Assembly: GCF_018977255.1 (NCBI RefSeq)
Contig: NW_024704742.1
Span: forward strand, 98,396,001-98,460,000
Direction: 5' to 3'
Length of the DNA: 64,000 bases
Origin: Callorhinchus milii
Taxonomy: Eukaryota
Shown: positions 1-13,302 of the stretch, in pieces
Layout: each line of letters begins with the position of its first letter
Position numbering within the stretch: the first letter of the stretch is position 1
Translations under genes and position numbers: made by a program
Notes under the pieces: model-generated
What the model saw: only the letters and a program-made list of their open reading frames with translations
What the model was told of the DNA's origin: nothing
Database searches by the model: none

Positions 1-39
1 TTAAAATAAATCTCTTGTTTGACAGCAGTGATATAGTGA

Positions 40-300
40 TATAGAGTGTCAACATGACCAGCACAAATTGACATGAGTTGCACACTACAGATTAGCAATT
101 GCACTCAGTTAGGGCACTAGTGCCAGAGGAGGTTCACTTCCAAGATTGATGTAATGAACATTGTTGGGGCAAAAGGGATGAAACTTTCTCCGCATCTAAC
201 TGTGCTAAAGGTCACCTGTGAGTGCTTGATGTTGCCATTGGGCGACCATAATGTAAAAGTACTCCTATTTCTCGACAGATATATCGCATTTTAACAAATA
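40..300 (+). mobile_element. LF-SINE-like element, 3' two-thirds, highly diverged
   Basis: agaggaggttcacttccaagattgatgtaatgaacattgttggggcaaaagggatgaaactttctccgcatctaactgtgct resembles the remembered LF-SINE 3' half; homologous to 4150-4290 in reverse orientation. Confidence 0.5.
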
Positions 301-464
301 ATTAGTGCTAACAAGAGTGGATGAGGAACATTAGTGGCTTGGATAACTTTGGCATTCCACCACAGTATTAAACTATTCACCAACCATCACTTGTGTCCTG
401 GGATGTTTACTCTCTAATCTCGGGAATCTGTTGCTTGGAGTCAATTTAGAAGGTAGTCACCAAA

Positions 465-803
465 CTGTCTGCTCCTCACGCTCAGTGGGCTCCATCCTGC
501 TTCACATCCTCCGCCTTCCTTGCCCCACCATTGGAGGGAGAGCCAACAGCCTCTCTGCTCCCACCCTCTAGAACTCCAATCCATATTCCCTCCACCTCAC
601 TCCCTCCCTTGTCTCCTTCATGACCCATCTCAAAACCCTCCTCTTCATGCCTTTGGTCCCCCTCCTATCCCTACCCTCCTCGCCCTCCATCCCTTCTGAA
701 CCCAACCACCAGCTCGGGTGTGGATCCCTGACTGTCCAGCGCTTTGGGACGTCCTTCTCATGTGAAAGGCACTATACAAATGTAATTTTTTGTTACTGTA
801 GTT
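465..803 (+). mobile_element. L2 LINE 3' end (ORF2 C-terminus, 3' UTR, tail)
   Basis: Degenerate ORF2 end (HLKTLLF), then cagcgctttgggacgtccttctcatgtgaaaggcactatacaaatgtaatt and a decayed ttg tail; homologous to 3073-3364 and 35887-36452. Confidence 0.85.
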
Positions 804-1344
804 ATTATAAGCAGTGTGCCAGAAGCAGATTCACCTGACATCACTATGAGTAGGGTCATCTGTAAACCCATACCTTTCGTCTTATAGATTCTCACTCATA
901 GATCTCAGCCTTCAGATGCTGAGTAGAAGGATACTACCTTTGTTTTAAATAAAAATTTAGAGTAGCTGGTATTCGGCTAACTGGCAGTTAAAGCCTAGAG
1001 GATAGTAGGTACACTGAGATGGCAGAGATCATTAGTTTGGCATGTGTGGGGGAGAAAAAAGATCCAACACCAGTACATTTGGTGTGATGAATATCAAACA
1101 TATCGCTAGATTAATCCTAATGGAATCCATCACAACCCAATCGTTAACACGAGTGATCTTTTGTTACCTGTTCACAATAGAAATCTCATTATAAGGACAG
1201 ATCAAAAGGATTGCTGTGTGATAGATTCTTTAGGAAATTTCTGCCACAAGCACTGTGTAAGAAGCAAAAGATAAATGCTTCTTTAGTCCAAGTAAAACAT
1301 CTGGCCTCTTTCCAGTGCACACACATCCCAACTTGAAGACAGTT

Positions 1345-1578
1345 GGAAAGAAATTCCACCTGAGTTTAGATTTATTCTGTTAATCTACCATTACGAAGCA
1401 TCCAGAATTGGGCAGAATGTTCAATTCAGGCTCATCTCTGAAGCCGTTTTTGTAGTTCTTAAGAGAACTCAGAGAAAACCTGCTTCAAAATGAAGGCTGT
1501 ATTTACAAAATCACCAAATTCCAGTTTTGAAATGTTACGTTAATACAGTAAATCTAGATCCAGGTAGAATTTTACCCC
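1345..1578. mobile_element. Palindromic MITE-like element, copy 1
   Basis: Ends gaaattccacctgagtttagattta and taaatctagatccaggtagaatttt are imperfect reverse complements; centre agttcttaagagaact; similar to 6985-7197 and 29066-29303. Confidence 0.75.
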
Positions 1579-2789
1579 TCATGTGTAATAGTATGTAATG
1601 ATTCACAACAAATGTCTGATTTCTTTCTCTGCTAAAGCAAACTTCAATTTGTTTAGCATTCTTATCACAAGCTGACTGCACTCAATGCAAGTTACTCAAC
1701 CTGATCCAAATCAAGCAATCGTTTGGGCCAGTAAACCCCCATGTCACAACACAAACTATATTTCTTGAACTCCAGCATTTAATTTACTCTGATGAGAGAT
1801 TAGAAAGATTTAAAAGACTGTTTGAAACCAGCACAATTCATTTTTGTTTAACAGAAACAAAATCCTCTACTATTAAATGATCCTTACTATTATAATTTAA
1901 AAGACTTTCTGCTTTTTTAACATTGACGCTTCTTAAAAAACCTTCCAACTTATTACCTAACCATTGAACTAAAGTGAGATAAGGGCTTGTTCCTTTGTAC
2001 CTGAATCTATGTTTATCTGCTTGAGTGGACACATTCCAACATAAAGAACAACAGATGTCTTGCGTTTTCAGCGATGATGATATCTTGGGCGTGGGAGTGA
2101 ACGTTTTGCGATGGGAATTGGAATAAAAGACAGAATGCTTTCGGTAACTCTGTACACAGGGGATTGTTCCTTTTCTTTTCCAATACTCATCCAGGACTTT
2201 TCACAGAATACTTATGTTACACTTCAACAAATGACATTGAAATCTCATCAAATGTTAACCCGTTTTTGACAACAGCATCAAAGCATCTGGAAGTTCCATC
2301 AAAGCGTGTCAATGAATTATCGACCCACTGCCTTAGGATTTGAAATGCATTGCTAATGCATTGCTAAACATTGACGTTATTGCAACATTCTCAGTGACAT
2401 AACATATGAAGCAGTTTCACGTAAGTTACCCAATTACAGTAATTTCTGATTTAGACCATCAAACCAAAACAGATACAGGGTTACAATTTAATATATAATG
2501 GGCTGTACTAAAAAATGGTGTTTGCCAGTCAGTGCTTCAGGGTAGTCAGATTGCTGCTGATGTCATTTTCTGTGTGCTGTGCATGTGTATTTTGTGCAGG
2601 AATCAGACCAGTCAACACTGGAAGTTGAAACCCACTTTGGGTATAATGCATATAGATAGGTGTGTTATAAGTTATCCATGATATAGCAGCAATGGAAAGA
2701 GTACAGCTTAGTTTAATGTGGATAATAACAGGGCTGGCAGGTTACTGCTATCATTATTGACTGGATACATTGGGCCTTTTTTCACTAGA

Positions 2790-3050
2790 CAAGAGATGTT
2801 TAAGTGGCATCTGGTAGAAGCGTTTAAAATTATAAAAAGGTTCAATAAGGTTAACATAAATAGGCTGTTTCCACTGCTGGGGAATCTGTAATAACAAATA
2901 TAAGATAGCGATGAGAGGATCTAAAAAACAATTTTGGAGGAACCACTTCATTCAGAAGGTAGTGAAATTAAGGAACTTGTGTACTTGCATTGCTGCCAGA
3001 ACATCAGGAGAATGTGGTTTGAATTGGATTTAGCACAAATCTGAAGTAAA
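2790..3050 (+). mobile_element. CR1 LINE ORF2 C-terminal fragment, decayed
   Basis: Degenerate FKIIKRFNKV...LFPL and HFIQKVV-type motifs, similar to the CR1 fragment at 57710-57995. Confidence 0.6.
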
Positions 3051-3072
3051 TGATTTAAAAATGTGGAATATA

Positions 3073-3364
3073 TTCATGTCTCCTGCCTGACCCGCCCTAC
3101 CATCGGTGGCCGAGCTTTCAGCCTCTCTGTCCCCACACTCTGGAACTCCATCCCCCGCTCCCTTCGCCTCGCTTCCTCCCTTGCCTCCTTCAAGGCCGGT
3201 CTAAAGACCCTTCTCTTCGATCATGTCTTTGGTTGCCCTCCCACCTCTCTGCCTTTCCTCACCCCTACAACACCCCTCCCCCCATGCTCAGCTGACTGTT
3301 CAGCGCTTTGGGATGTCCTCCCAACATGAAAGGCGCTCTATAAATGTAATTTTGTTGTTGTTGT
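3073..3364 (+). mobile_element. L2 LINE 3' end
   Basis: ORF 3063-3329 contains RPTIGGRAFSLSVPTLWNSIPRSLRLASSLASFKAGLKTLLF (L2 ORF2 C-terminus); 3' stem-loop and (ttg)n tail. Confidence 0.92.
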
Positions 3365-3386
3365 ATAAAAATTGGTGTGCCGCCTA

Positions 3387-3720
3387 ATGATAATTATAGT
3401 AATAATAAATAAATATAATAATCCTTGCATTTGATATAGCGTTTTTCACGTCTTCTAGACATTGCAAAGAGCTTCACAGAATATACTGTAAAGTGAATCG
3501 TCTGTATATTTTGTGTGCCAAACATGGCAGCCAATTCTGCACAGCAGTGTCCCACAAACAGACATGGATTGAGTGACCAAATTATTATTGTTTTTTTTCT
3601 TGAGGAATTATTATCAGGCATGTGGAATAAGGAAACTTGCCAAAGGTTTCATCCTGCCAGGAATCAAACCTAGGTCTCTCGCTTGTGAGGTGAGTGCTCT
3701 AACCGCTGAGCTAATGGACA
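3387..3720 (-). mobile_element. tRNA-Ala-derived SINE (family A), near full length
   Basis: Minus strand has A-box tagctcagcggttagagc, B-box ggtttgattcc, body shared with 10497-10815 and an AT-rich tail. Confidence 0.9.
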
Positions 3721-4149
3721 TGTCCCCTAATAATTAGTTCACTCTGTGTTTCCAGTTAAGAAGCAATAAACAATTATGACTGTGTTAAACCATTCTCGCA
3801 AATGTGAATTGTTCATAACCTGACTAATAGCAAATTGGTTTCCACTCTGGACAAAGTGGGCAGTGAGACTACCTACTGTGTTATCTGAAAATTCTGGCCT
3901 ACATCGCTAATTTATTGTTGCAGATTAACTTAGATTTAACAGGGTTAGATTTCAGTTCATTTCTAAGCATAAAAAGGAAACACATTGTGTTCTTCTGAAC
4001 TTACACTGAGAGTGTCCTAACAGGATAAAGCCTTGTGGGAGAGGTATTGTTGCTCACATACAATATATATTATGTAAAAAGCACTGTCACTTGATATTAT
4101 TTTAACCTCTTAAAAAATAGTTTTCCCCTTACTCACCGAGAGATGAGAG

Positions 4150-4290
4150 AAGTCATTGTTGGTATATGAAACACTCCCAGATCAGATATAGCGCATTAGA
4201 TGCAGAGTGAGGTTCATTTACTCTGCTCCAAACAGTGCCACCTTAATACAACCTCAGAAAAGCAAATTTTATTGCGTCAGTTCCGAACAA
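4150..4290 (-). mobile_element. LF-SINE-like 3' fragment
   Basis: Minus strand ctcactctgcatctaatgcgctatatctgatctgggagtgttt is homologous to 185-230. Confidence 0.5.
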
Positions 4291-5705
4291 GTCCCTAAGA
4301 GGAAGGGTAGGGAATTCTTCAAATATTGGGCTCTTCTTTGTCTATAGTCTAAATTCAAAATAATTCAACCATTTTTGGCTGCGATTTGTCATAAGTAGCA
4401 CACTATAAATCTTCTGTGTCTTACATGTTACATGGAAAAGCATTATTTCTATCATTATTACCAGCCACTAATGATGCCTATTGCATACCACCAACTAGCC
4501 ATGCGTGCTGTCAAATTACACAATGCCTTGTTGCCTTTCAGCTGAGTTTCTATCATAATATTAATAATAAATAATCCTTACATTTGATATAACTCCTTTC
4601 ACGTCAGGAGGATGTTTAAAAGCACCTCACAGTTTATACTTATTTTGCAGGTGAATGCGTAGCCATAACATTTAACTTCATGCAAATATTTAGATTTCCT
4701 GCGTTAATTTGCCTGATAATTAAGGAGCAAAGCATGTGATGATGCAATGTTGGGAGAGGGTTAGGATTTCAGAAAAATCTGAATGAATTATAATCATTTT
4801 AATATTTATAATGTTCTTGTAAAATAACAATAATGCTTACATTTGATATAGCGCCATTCACATCGGGAGGATGTCTCAAAGCGCTTCAAAGGATATACTG
4901 TAAAGTGGAGTGACTGTGTCATGGGTGACTGTTACAGTAGAATATTAGACACTTAATAATCCTGCTCCTTTTGTTGCAAAGTTCTAATTTCCAAAAAAGA
5001 CTTATGTCTTATTTTATTACTGTCAGGTTATGAGTATTTTTCTTTTCTTTCAAATTACATTTGTGTCTGCATGATTCTCTGATGCAGAACATTGAAAGTA
5101 ATCTCAGGAAGGCATATACATGTCAGATGTGCATTTGTTTGGGGTGGGGTTTAACATTCATTCATAACCAATGAGAAACCCTTCCATCTGTCTATCTCTC
5201 ATCTGACACTCTCTCACACTAGCTGAAAAACGCTAAGGTTTGGAGGAGGGACATCTGGACCTGTGGTGTCCATACTTACATCAAACTAACACTGTCACAA
5301 TAATTACCTATTACAATATTACCAGCACCTACCTGTTTGTTATAGGGCAAAGAGGCACTTCCTAATCATTAGGAGACACCTTCGAATCATAACCAAAGTT
5401 TGACAGAAGAATCTCAATGATTTTTTTCAGTCCTGCAACTTCCTATGATCCTGTTGACATTTCCAATAATCAATACAGGTCATAATCAAGAAAAATACAG
5501 ATTAACAAACTGCTGCATAATGTATTGATGGGGTAAGAATATAGAGTAAAAATGTGCTGGGATGTTAAAATTACTATCTTAGTTAAATAGTGAGCTTTTT
5601 TAAAATCTATAAATTCATTTAAGGTATGAGATCAGGAGTTCCATATGACAAGGTCACTAATGCTCTTGGTGTTTATTGTTGGTACATATTCCAGCTGAAG
5701 TTCAT

Positions 5706-6030
5706 TAATAATAATGATAATCCTTCCATTTGATATTGTGCCTTTCACATCAGGAGGACATCCCAAAGTGCTTCAAAGAAGATACTGTAAAGTGTAGTGA
5801 CCATGTATTTTGCAGGTGAACTTGGCAGCCAATTTGCGCATTGCCATGTTTCACAAATAGCCACAAAGTAAGCAAATGATAAATTTTATTGGGGGATTGT
5901 TGGTCAGGGCAAACCTGGAAAAACTGCTTTCTCTTTTCAAATAATGCCATGGGATCTTTAAAATCCACCTGAACAAGCAGATGGGGTTTTGGTTTAACAT
6001 CTTATCCAAAGGACAGCACACAATGCAGCA
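5706..6030 (-). mobile_element. Deu-domain SINE (family B), 5'-truncated
   Basis: Minus strand ctgcttgttcaggtggattttaaagatcccatggcattatttgaaaagagaa (Deu core) and L2-type tail. Confidence 0.85.
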
Positions 6031-6984
6031 ACTTGAGATAAATCAATTTGTCTGATGATAAACCTCAAAGTGTTGTTGTGAACATTCTACAAGAAGCCTC
6101 TCTGATTTAGGTAGTGATACAGCAGGCCTGGGAATATAGCAAACACAGTTTGTAATTTAATAATCTTTCTGCTGCTATTTTCACTCTTTTTAAAAAATCC
6201 AAAATTCCTGCATAATTGTATCAGATCTGTCAGTTAAATCCCAAAAGATCACAAATGCTTGTCAAGTTTCACGCAAAAGAATTTTTCAGGCAAGAACTCA
6301 GTCTCAGTCATCTGATACGATATCAGAAAGATATACACTATACAAATTAAGACAAAACATTTGGAAGAATTAATCATCAGTCTACCATGACTCAAGGTTA
6401 ACCATTCAAAAACAGCACATGAATGAGTAAATCTGCTTTTGATATATACAGTATATATAACCTGGTAATAATTACCAGGGCTAGCTGCTAAATCATGAAA
6501 CACTACAAGAAGGAGAAAGATTGCATGGTACGCAAGTTTTCAAAAGTGAGATTCATTTGACAAGAGACAATTATTGCAAATCATGAATTTACAATTAATT
6601 TTGCACAGATGATTCACCCTGGATTGAATGCACTGGATGATATTTCTATCACTTTGATTGCAATCGGCCAATGTTGATCATCAGCCCTGAGTGAAGAACT
6701 TCTGAAGTGCAGTAAAGCTGGTCTGAGGAAGGGCAGTTTTGTTCATTTCAACACAAACAAAAACTCACTGAATTACTGCAATAGAACAGGTTCCCAATGG
6801 TTGCAAAGTTTGAGAAATGACCAATGTTTGCAAAGTCTGAGAATAAACAGAGTTACAAGTTTCATCACTTTCGGAAGTTGAAATTTATGATTCATGGCCC
6901 ATAAAGTTTGCAAACTGGAGGATACAATCAACACAATAAATCCAATTTGTAAGTATCTCAAATTAGACCCCAATGTGCAGCAGT

Positions 6985-7197
6985 GGGGAGAAGCTCTACC
7001 TAGGTTTAGATTTATTCTATGTAGCACCTCAGAGCATCCAGAATTTGACAAATTCTTTAATGCAACCTTAATTTTGGAGCCTTTTTTTATTACAAACTGC
7101 AGAACACCAACTTTAAATTTAAGACTGAATTCAACAATTTACCAAATTCTGGACTCTAAAATGCTACATAAATCTAGACCTAGCTGGCATCTCCCCC
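6985..7197. mobile_element. Palindromic MITE-like element, copy 2
   Basis: ctaggtttagatttat ... ataaatctagacctag inverted; internal ccagaatttg / caaattctgg. Confidence 0.7.
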
Positions 7198-8282
7198 AAA
7201 CGAATACACCATGGAGATTGTTAGTAGTAGCCAGCAAGGTTCAAGAAACAATAGATCACTTCTCATAGAATCAATGAAATTCTTTAAGGAGGAAACTAAG
7301 TTAATGGACTGGGATAATCTGGTGGAAGTAATTCATTTTCATTTTTCACAAGAAATTCAATAAAGTTCAGAACCCAATGCTTTATACTTTGTTTATACTT
7401 TGTTTCTGGAGGTAACTTGCTGTAATTGTGGCAGCAATTTGCTGTCAAACATGCATTATAAATAGGGTTTCAGACAGCATCAATCATGCTGGAGTTATAC
7501 CCCTGATACCATCTGGAGGAAGTGGATTCACGAGCAATGTAATTTGTACCCAAACATTATCAATGTGGCAGGTGTGAATCTCAATGGGTTCACTCCCTCA
7601 GAGACTTTCAATGGAATAGTTTGACATTACTAAAGCCCAGTGTATCATTGCTGAAACTTTAACAATATTAAAAAACACAAACATCCAGTTTTCACGTTTT
7701 GTGCCCATATAACTTTGCACAAGTGAAGAACACAATTATTGGGTATTGTATTTTTTTTCCATCTGAAGACATCAATTGAAGACAAGAAACAGCCCCCAAA
7801 AACTGATATTATCTTATTAATAGACAGCTGAAGGCAGTGATAAATGACTGGGGATAACCAGTGAAGTTTGTTGTGTAGCTGTTCTGAATTGTCTGCTATT
7901 GTACACTATTCACAATGATGTAGAACAGAGCACATCTTTGCAATGTTATGAAATTTGCTTCTGAAATTAGGCTACTTGGTCCGGTAATCGACACAAGGAA
8001 GATTGATTGTATTTAAAGAGATCTAAACAAATAAAGCAGAATTAATTCAAATTTCTAAAGAAGAACAAGCCATCTGAATGTGGATTGTTTATTCAAGATA
8101 AGGATGGAAAATAATTATGCCTTATTTTGCTTTTGTTGTGTATCTGGACAAGTGTAGCTCAATGTTAGATACAGATTTTTTTTACACTCACTTTTTTTTA
8201 ACTTTTACTCCTGTGAAAGATTACTGATGCATGCTGTGAAATCAGTAATAATATATATATATTGTGGTCGGGGGGGGGGGGA

Positions 8283-8362
8283 GGAGTCATCCAGGTGGCT
8301 GGCGTATGGAGAAACCCATCCCCATGCTAAGGAGTATCCAAAGCAAACTTAGAGTTCCATCT
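8283..8362 (-). repeat. Unclassified repeat family X fragment
   Basis: gaaacccatccccatgctaaggagtatccaaagcaaacttagagttcca matches 9095-9143. Confidence 0.6.
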
Positions 8363-9061
8363 ATAGGTTACGCTCTATATGCTCTGGGATGCTACCCTGT
8401 GAGAGTGGTGCTATATAAATGGAAGTTATTGTTGTACATGAATATCTATATGATGGGTAATTTACAGATGTAGAACATTTCGTTTACAAAATAGATACTA
8501 CACTCTACAATACATTCTGTGAAGCACCTTGAGACATTTCAACTACATGGTAAGACACAATATCAAGTGCAAAGATTACTATTATACCAAATGTAAGGAA
8601 TATTGATTGATTGATTTACTTATTTAACAACGTTAATACCCTAACAAAATAGTTAAACTGAATAAATTTAAATAAGCTTATCTTCAGTAAGAATATTATT
8701 AAAAATAAAAATGACTATTGAATCAGCCTAGGACTAGCAAAATGAGTTAAAGTTCTGGGTTTAATCATCGTTTTATTAATTTAGGTGCAAAATATATTAG
8801 TTCTTAGCAAATTGGAAAGAATATTTAATTCCCCCATTCTTTCTTGACCTTTTAGGAAAAACAGCTTAAGACATTTTTGTCAGATCTCAGGATGCCTATT
8901 TGCAGCCCCATCTTCCTCTTTTAGCTGTGAGAACCAGAGCTTGAGCTGCTCCCTTCAATAGCACTGTCATTCATTGTTATTTTACCTTTTTATTGCTTCT
9001 GAAACTGTCCTGGAAAGTTATAAACCAGTTTTGCCAAAAATCAAGAATAAAATGAATACTA

Positions 9062-9180
9062 TTTTTTTGATCAGCAAGGTGTCTGACACATGTAGAAACT
9101 CATCACCATACTTAAGAGTATCCAAACCAAGCTGAGAATTCCATGCCTCCCACCTACACCTTTTGGAAATTCCAGAAAAA
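9062..9180 (-). repeat. Unclassified repeat family X, 3' portion with T-run
   Basis: Reverse complement of 19900-20018. Confidence 0.75.
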
Positions 9181-9339
9181 ACAAACAGCTATTATAGTAT
9201 ATTGTGCGTTTCAAATATAAAAATGTTTCAAAACACTTTACAAAGACCAAGTGGAAGCTCAAACTGTTTGGGATATGGGAGAGGAGGGAGAGATAGCCAA
9301 AAGCACAGATAAGGAGATAGATTTTTAGAAAGATAGAAT

Positions 9340-9700
9340 TCACAATTTTTAGGATTTTATAATGTTCAAACATCTCAACGTGCTTGACATTAACTGTCAA
9401 GTGTAGTGACTGTTTTGGTAGACAAACACAGAAGCCTTTTGCTCCACTAACAGTCATCTGTGAATAAGCAATTTATCTGCAGCATTGTTGGCCAGAACAC
9501 CCGATAAACTCTCTCCTATTTCCCTTTGGTGTCATGGGGTCTTTATGCCCACCTGATCAGGCAGATAGGACCTGAATTTAATATCTCACCTGAAAGATAG
9601 CATTGTTGATAATGCAGCACCCCTCACTAGAGGATAGCCTAACCTGTGAGCAAAGAGTCCTAATGTGGAGTTTGGACTCAACCATCTTAAATAGCACAGT
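9340..9700 (-). mobile_element. Deu-domain SINE (family B), old
   Basis: tgttggccagaacac...cacctgatcaggcagataggacctgaatttaatatctcacctgaaaga is the reverse of the Deu core. Confidence 0.7.
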
Positions 9701-10429
9701 TGATGGTCCGAATGATATTTTCTTTTTCCATACATAATTTTGTTCATACTTCTTCAACACATCTTTATGAGCATAATGATTTACTTGCTTCTTTCTACTG
9801 TTAGTAAAATGGCCTTTAACATTAAATCAGCTTGACTATAGAACATGGAGAAAAATCAAAAGATTTCAGGGTTGGTAGTCAATGTGCTTAAAATTAAGGC
9901 AAGGAAAAGCAATTGGTAGCATTATAATGAACAGTTAATGAAGTCATTAATGCATATAAGAAACAAATTGGCATTGAGTCTATAGCACTCTGAAATACAG
10001 TGGAAATAGCTAAGAGGCAGACAAAATCCGCATAATTTACTGAAGTTTTAATAATTGTAGAAGAAATAATGCAGAGGAGGCCACACACATATGAATCACA
10101 ATTACTATGATTTTTGCATTACAATATGATTTGTTGTCTATGCACATTTATTTCATTGTTATTGTTATATGGTTGCTGTAGTGAAGTTGAGGAGGCTACT
10201 ATTTAATTAGTTCTCCATGGACAGCTGATTGGAGATGTTGGTTCATGTGGAGGATCATAACCAAGCAGTGAAAGTGATGCATGGGGTTTGGAGGAACATG
10301 TAATCATTTGCTCTGAGAAATAAAGAGTCTGTCAGGAATGCCAAGATTCAGATATTGGAAGCATTTTAGTTTAATTTCCCCTTCGCTGTTAAAGGCTGAT
10401 GCAGGCCTTCAATGTCCATCGAGTTATCA

Positions 10430-10496
10430 TGGTTCAGAGCCTTGGGACATCCTCCTGATGTGAAAGGTGCTGTACAAATGTCATTTTATTGTTGTT
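10430..10496 (+). mobile_element. L2 3' tail-only insertion
   Basis: ccttgggacatcctcctgatgtgaaaggtgctgtacaaatg followed by (ttg)n. Confidence 0.75.
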
Positions 10497-10815
10497 GTGG
10501 AGTCCTGTAGCTCAGTGGTTAGAGCACTCGCCTTGCAAGTGAGACACCTGGGTTCAATTCCAGCCAGGGCGAAACCTTGGGCAAGTTTCCTTACTCCATA
10601 CACCTAATAAAATCCCTCCAAAACCAAGCAATAATAAATGGTCATTTTTAATCCACGACTGTTTGTGGTACACTGCTGTGCACAATTGGCTGCCACGTTT
10701 TGCCCACAAATATACAGTCAATTCACTTTACAGCATATTCTGTGAAGCGCTTTGAGACATCTAGAAGACGTAAAAAGCGCTATATCAAATGCAAGGATTA
10801 TTATTATTATTATTA
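10497..10815 (+). mobile_element. tRNA-Ala-derived SINE (family A), full length
   Basis: gtggagtcctgtagctcagtggttagagcactcgccttgcaagtgaga...ggttcaattcc (Pol III A/B boxes), body, stem-loop tail, (att)n. Confidence 0.95.
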
Positions 10816-10861
10816 ATGTTGGTCTTCATCAATGTTGAGTCTGATTTCTCTGTGGAACATG

Positions 10862-11300
10862 GGTCAGCCTGGCTCAATTGGCTATACTTTTGCCTCTAAA
10901 TCAATCAAGCACCATTTTGTGTTCATGCACCATTTGGGGATTTGGAACCATATAGGCTGACACTCCAGTGTTGTGCTGGGGATGTGCTGTGTAGTTGGTA
11001 GTGCTGTCACTTGGATGAGATGTTAAAATGAGGTCCCGCCTACCTGTTCAGGTTGACGCTGAAGATCCCCACAACACTATTCAAAAAGAGAAGGGAGTTT
11101 CTCCCAGTGTCCTGGCCAGCAATCTCTCAGATAAAATTAGTTACTCATTTCATGGCTGTTTGTGGCACATTGTTGTCTACAAATTGGCTGTCGTGTTCAC
11201 ACACAAAACACGCACAGTCAAACCGCTTTACAGTAAATCCTGTGAAGCGCTTTAAGATGGCTCGATGGCATGATAAGGCAGCATACCATATGCAAGTTTT
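10862..11300 (+). mobile_element. Deu-domain SINE (family B), full length
   Basis: tRNA-like head tggctcaattgg, Deu core gatgagatgttaaaatgaggtccc...aagatccc...aagggagtttctcccagtgtcctggcca. Confidence 0.85.
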
Positions 11301-12039
11301 ATATGCAAATAGTTTAGACAACTAGAATATTGATTAATCCACCAGAAAGGGATATGAGGAAAGAGCTAGAAAATGGGAGAAATAAAAAAAGGGTGAATCG
11401 GAAAACAGGTAACACTAGCACAGACATGTGGGCTGAATGATTTTCCTCTGTTGATGAAATGTTCAATGATTCCAGGATATTAAATGATCTTCCTCATGCC
11501 TTCCTAAATCTCCTTTCTGCTGCTGTCTGAGTATTGACTTGTGGAAGAGTCGAGTAGCCAGTGCCACACATGATTCATCATCCTTGGATCCTCTCCTCAT
11601 TAGTGAAGGTGGTCACAAAACTTGAATTGTATAAAGGAGTCATGCATTGAATCAGGGAAATGTGCTGTCGCATACATAATCATTCAACGTGCATCACATA
11701 CCAAACTGCACATTGATGGATTGGAATCCAACTTGCTGAGGTATGCCATTATGTTCACTGTTGAATCTCTTTGCGCCACGTATAATTGAACTGTTATTTC
11801 TCTACCTGACTGACATATTCTCTGTGGAAGTGGATAAAAATCCTGACACTCTCAGAGCAAGCTTCTGTCATCTATTGACGTGGATCTTTGGCTGATGTGA
11901 GCTGGATACCCAGAAACATTATTAAACAAATCTATTTTAAAGAGGTTTGGGACTATAATGATCTTCATGGCTACGAGGTGAGTGATCTGGGCTGCTGAGA
12001 AATGGGTTGGAGAAAGTATAGTGTACAATACTTTCAGAA

Positions 12040-12262
12040 ATGCCTTGGGAGCAGAACAAGAGGTCACAGGTCCAGGATTGTGAAGGGCAAGTTTGGAAAG
12101 ATATCAAGAAATATTATTTTACACCGACAGTAATCAACTGTTGAAATGGATTACCAGAATACAACGTGACGCTGTAATGGAAAGATGATAGGGTTGGTAT
12201 TTTGGGAGGAGACATTCAAATATAATAAAGGCCTTCTTCATCTGAACCTTTCAGGTTATCTC
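12040..12262 (+). mobile_element. CR1 LINE 3' fragment
   Basis: Translates as RTRGHRSRIVKGKFGKDIKKYYFTPTVINC, the CR1 ORF2 C-terminal motif. Confidence 0.65.
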
Positions 12263-12579
12263 ATTAATATCGACAGCTCCTTTGTCAGTAAATAGTAACT
12301 TTGTACCGTTGTTTTAACGAGAGAATCAGCATCCATTGACACTACTTCTTGATGGGGTTCAGTTTGAATAGTCTGAGGTTGCAGACCATTTCCTATGGAT
12401 AGGTCTTTTCATGACCCTAATTTCCTCCTCAGATAATACAATAGTACCTACAATTGGAGCAAAGATCTTTCCCTAATGCATTCTTGTCCATTCACTCTAC
12501 CAGAGTTGCAGCAATCTGTGAACAGCTCAAAAACTTGACATATTCTTGGATGTGTGTTAAGCCTGCAGATTTCCTGGTT

Positions 12580-12780
12580 TACAACAACAACAAAATTACA
12601 TTTGTGTAGGGCCTTTCATGTCAGGAGGATGTCCCAAGGTGCTGGACAATCAGTGTTTCGGACCTGAGCTGCGGATCCTATTTTTAAGGATAGGAGTGAT
12701 GACGGTTGTTTTTAAAGATGTGAGAAGAGTAGACAGAGAGAGGCTTATAATGTCTGTGAGTAGGGGGGGGCAAGGAGGTT
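12580..12780 (-). mobile_element. L2 tail plus short L2-like fragment
   Basis: (caa)n aattacatttgtgtagggcctttcatgtcaggaggatgtcccaagg. Confidence 0.65.
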
Positions 12781-12889
12781 TAATTGTCTTCCAATATGAA
12801 GTCAGGATGTTTTGGCAATTGCTTTGTTAACTAGTATTTGTTACTTTTTGCACTAAGAGAAAACATTCAACTTTCATTTAAATCTCATG

Positions 12890-13302
12890 AAATAATCCTT
12901 GCGTTTGATATAGTACCTTCTCACGTCATTGAGACAATGAGCTGTACAGAATAGATACACTATAAATTGACTGCATTTTGTGGGCGAAATGTGGCAGCCA
13001 TTTGCGCACAGCAATTTCTCACAATCAGCCAGGGAGTTAGTGACCAATATTGTTTGGGGGATTGTTGGCCAGGACACCGGCAGAAGCTCCCATCTCTTTT
13101 CATATATCGCCATGGTATCTTTAACATGCACCTGAACAGGCAGATAGGATCCCGGTTTAATGCCTCATCTGAAGGACAGCACAGCCAACAATGCAACCCA
13201 CTTCCCCAGCACTGCATTGGAGTGGCAGTTGATGTGATTCCTGACGTGGGGCTTGGACCCACAACCTTCTGACTCAGAGACAAGAGTGCTACCACTGCAC
13301 CA
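12890..13302 (-). mobile_element. Deu-domain SINE (family B), full length, well preserved
   Basis: Minus strand tggtgcagtggtagcactcttgtctctgagtcagaaggttgtgggtccaagccccac head, complete Deu core and tail. Confidence 0.92.

Noticed and set aside
6894..7268. 124-aa ORF
   Set aside because: Overlies a palindromic MITE; no protein similarity recognised
10497..10570. tRNA-Ala gene
   Set aside because: No proper acceptor stem or terminator; it runs into a SINE body present many times in the window
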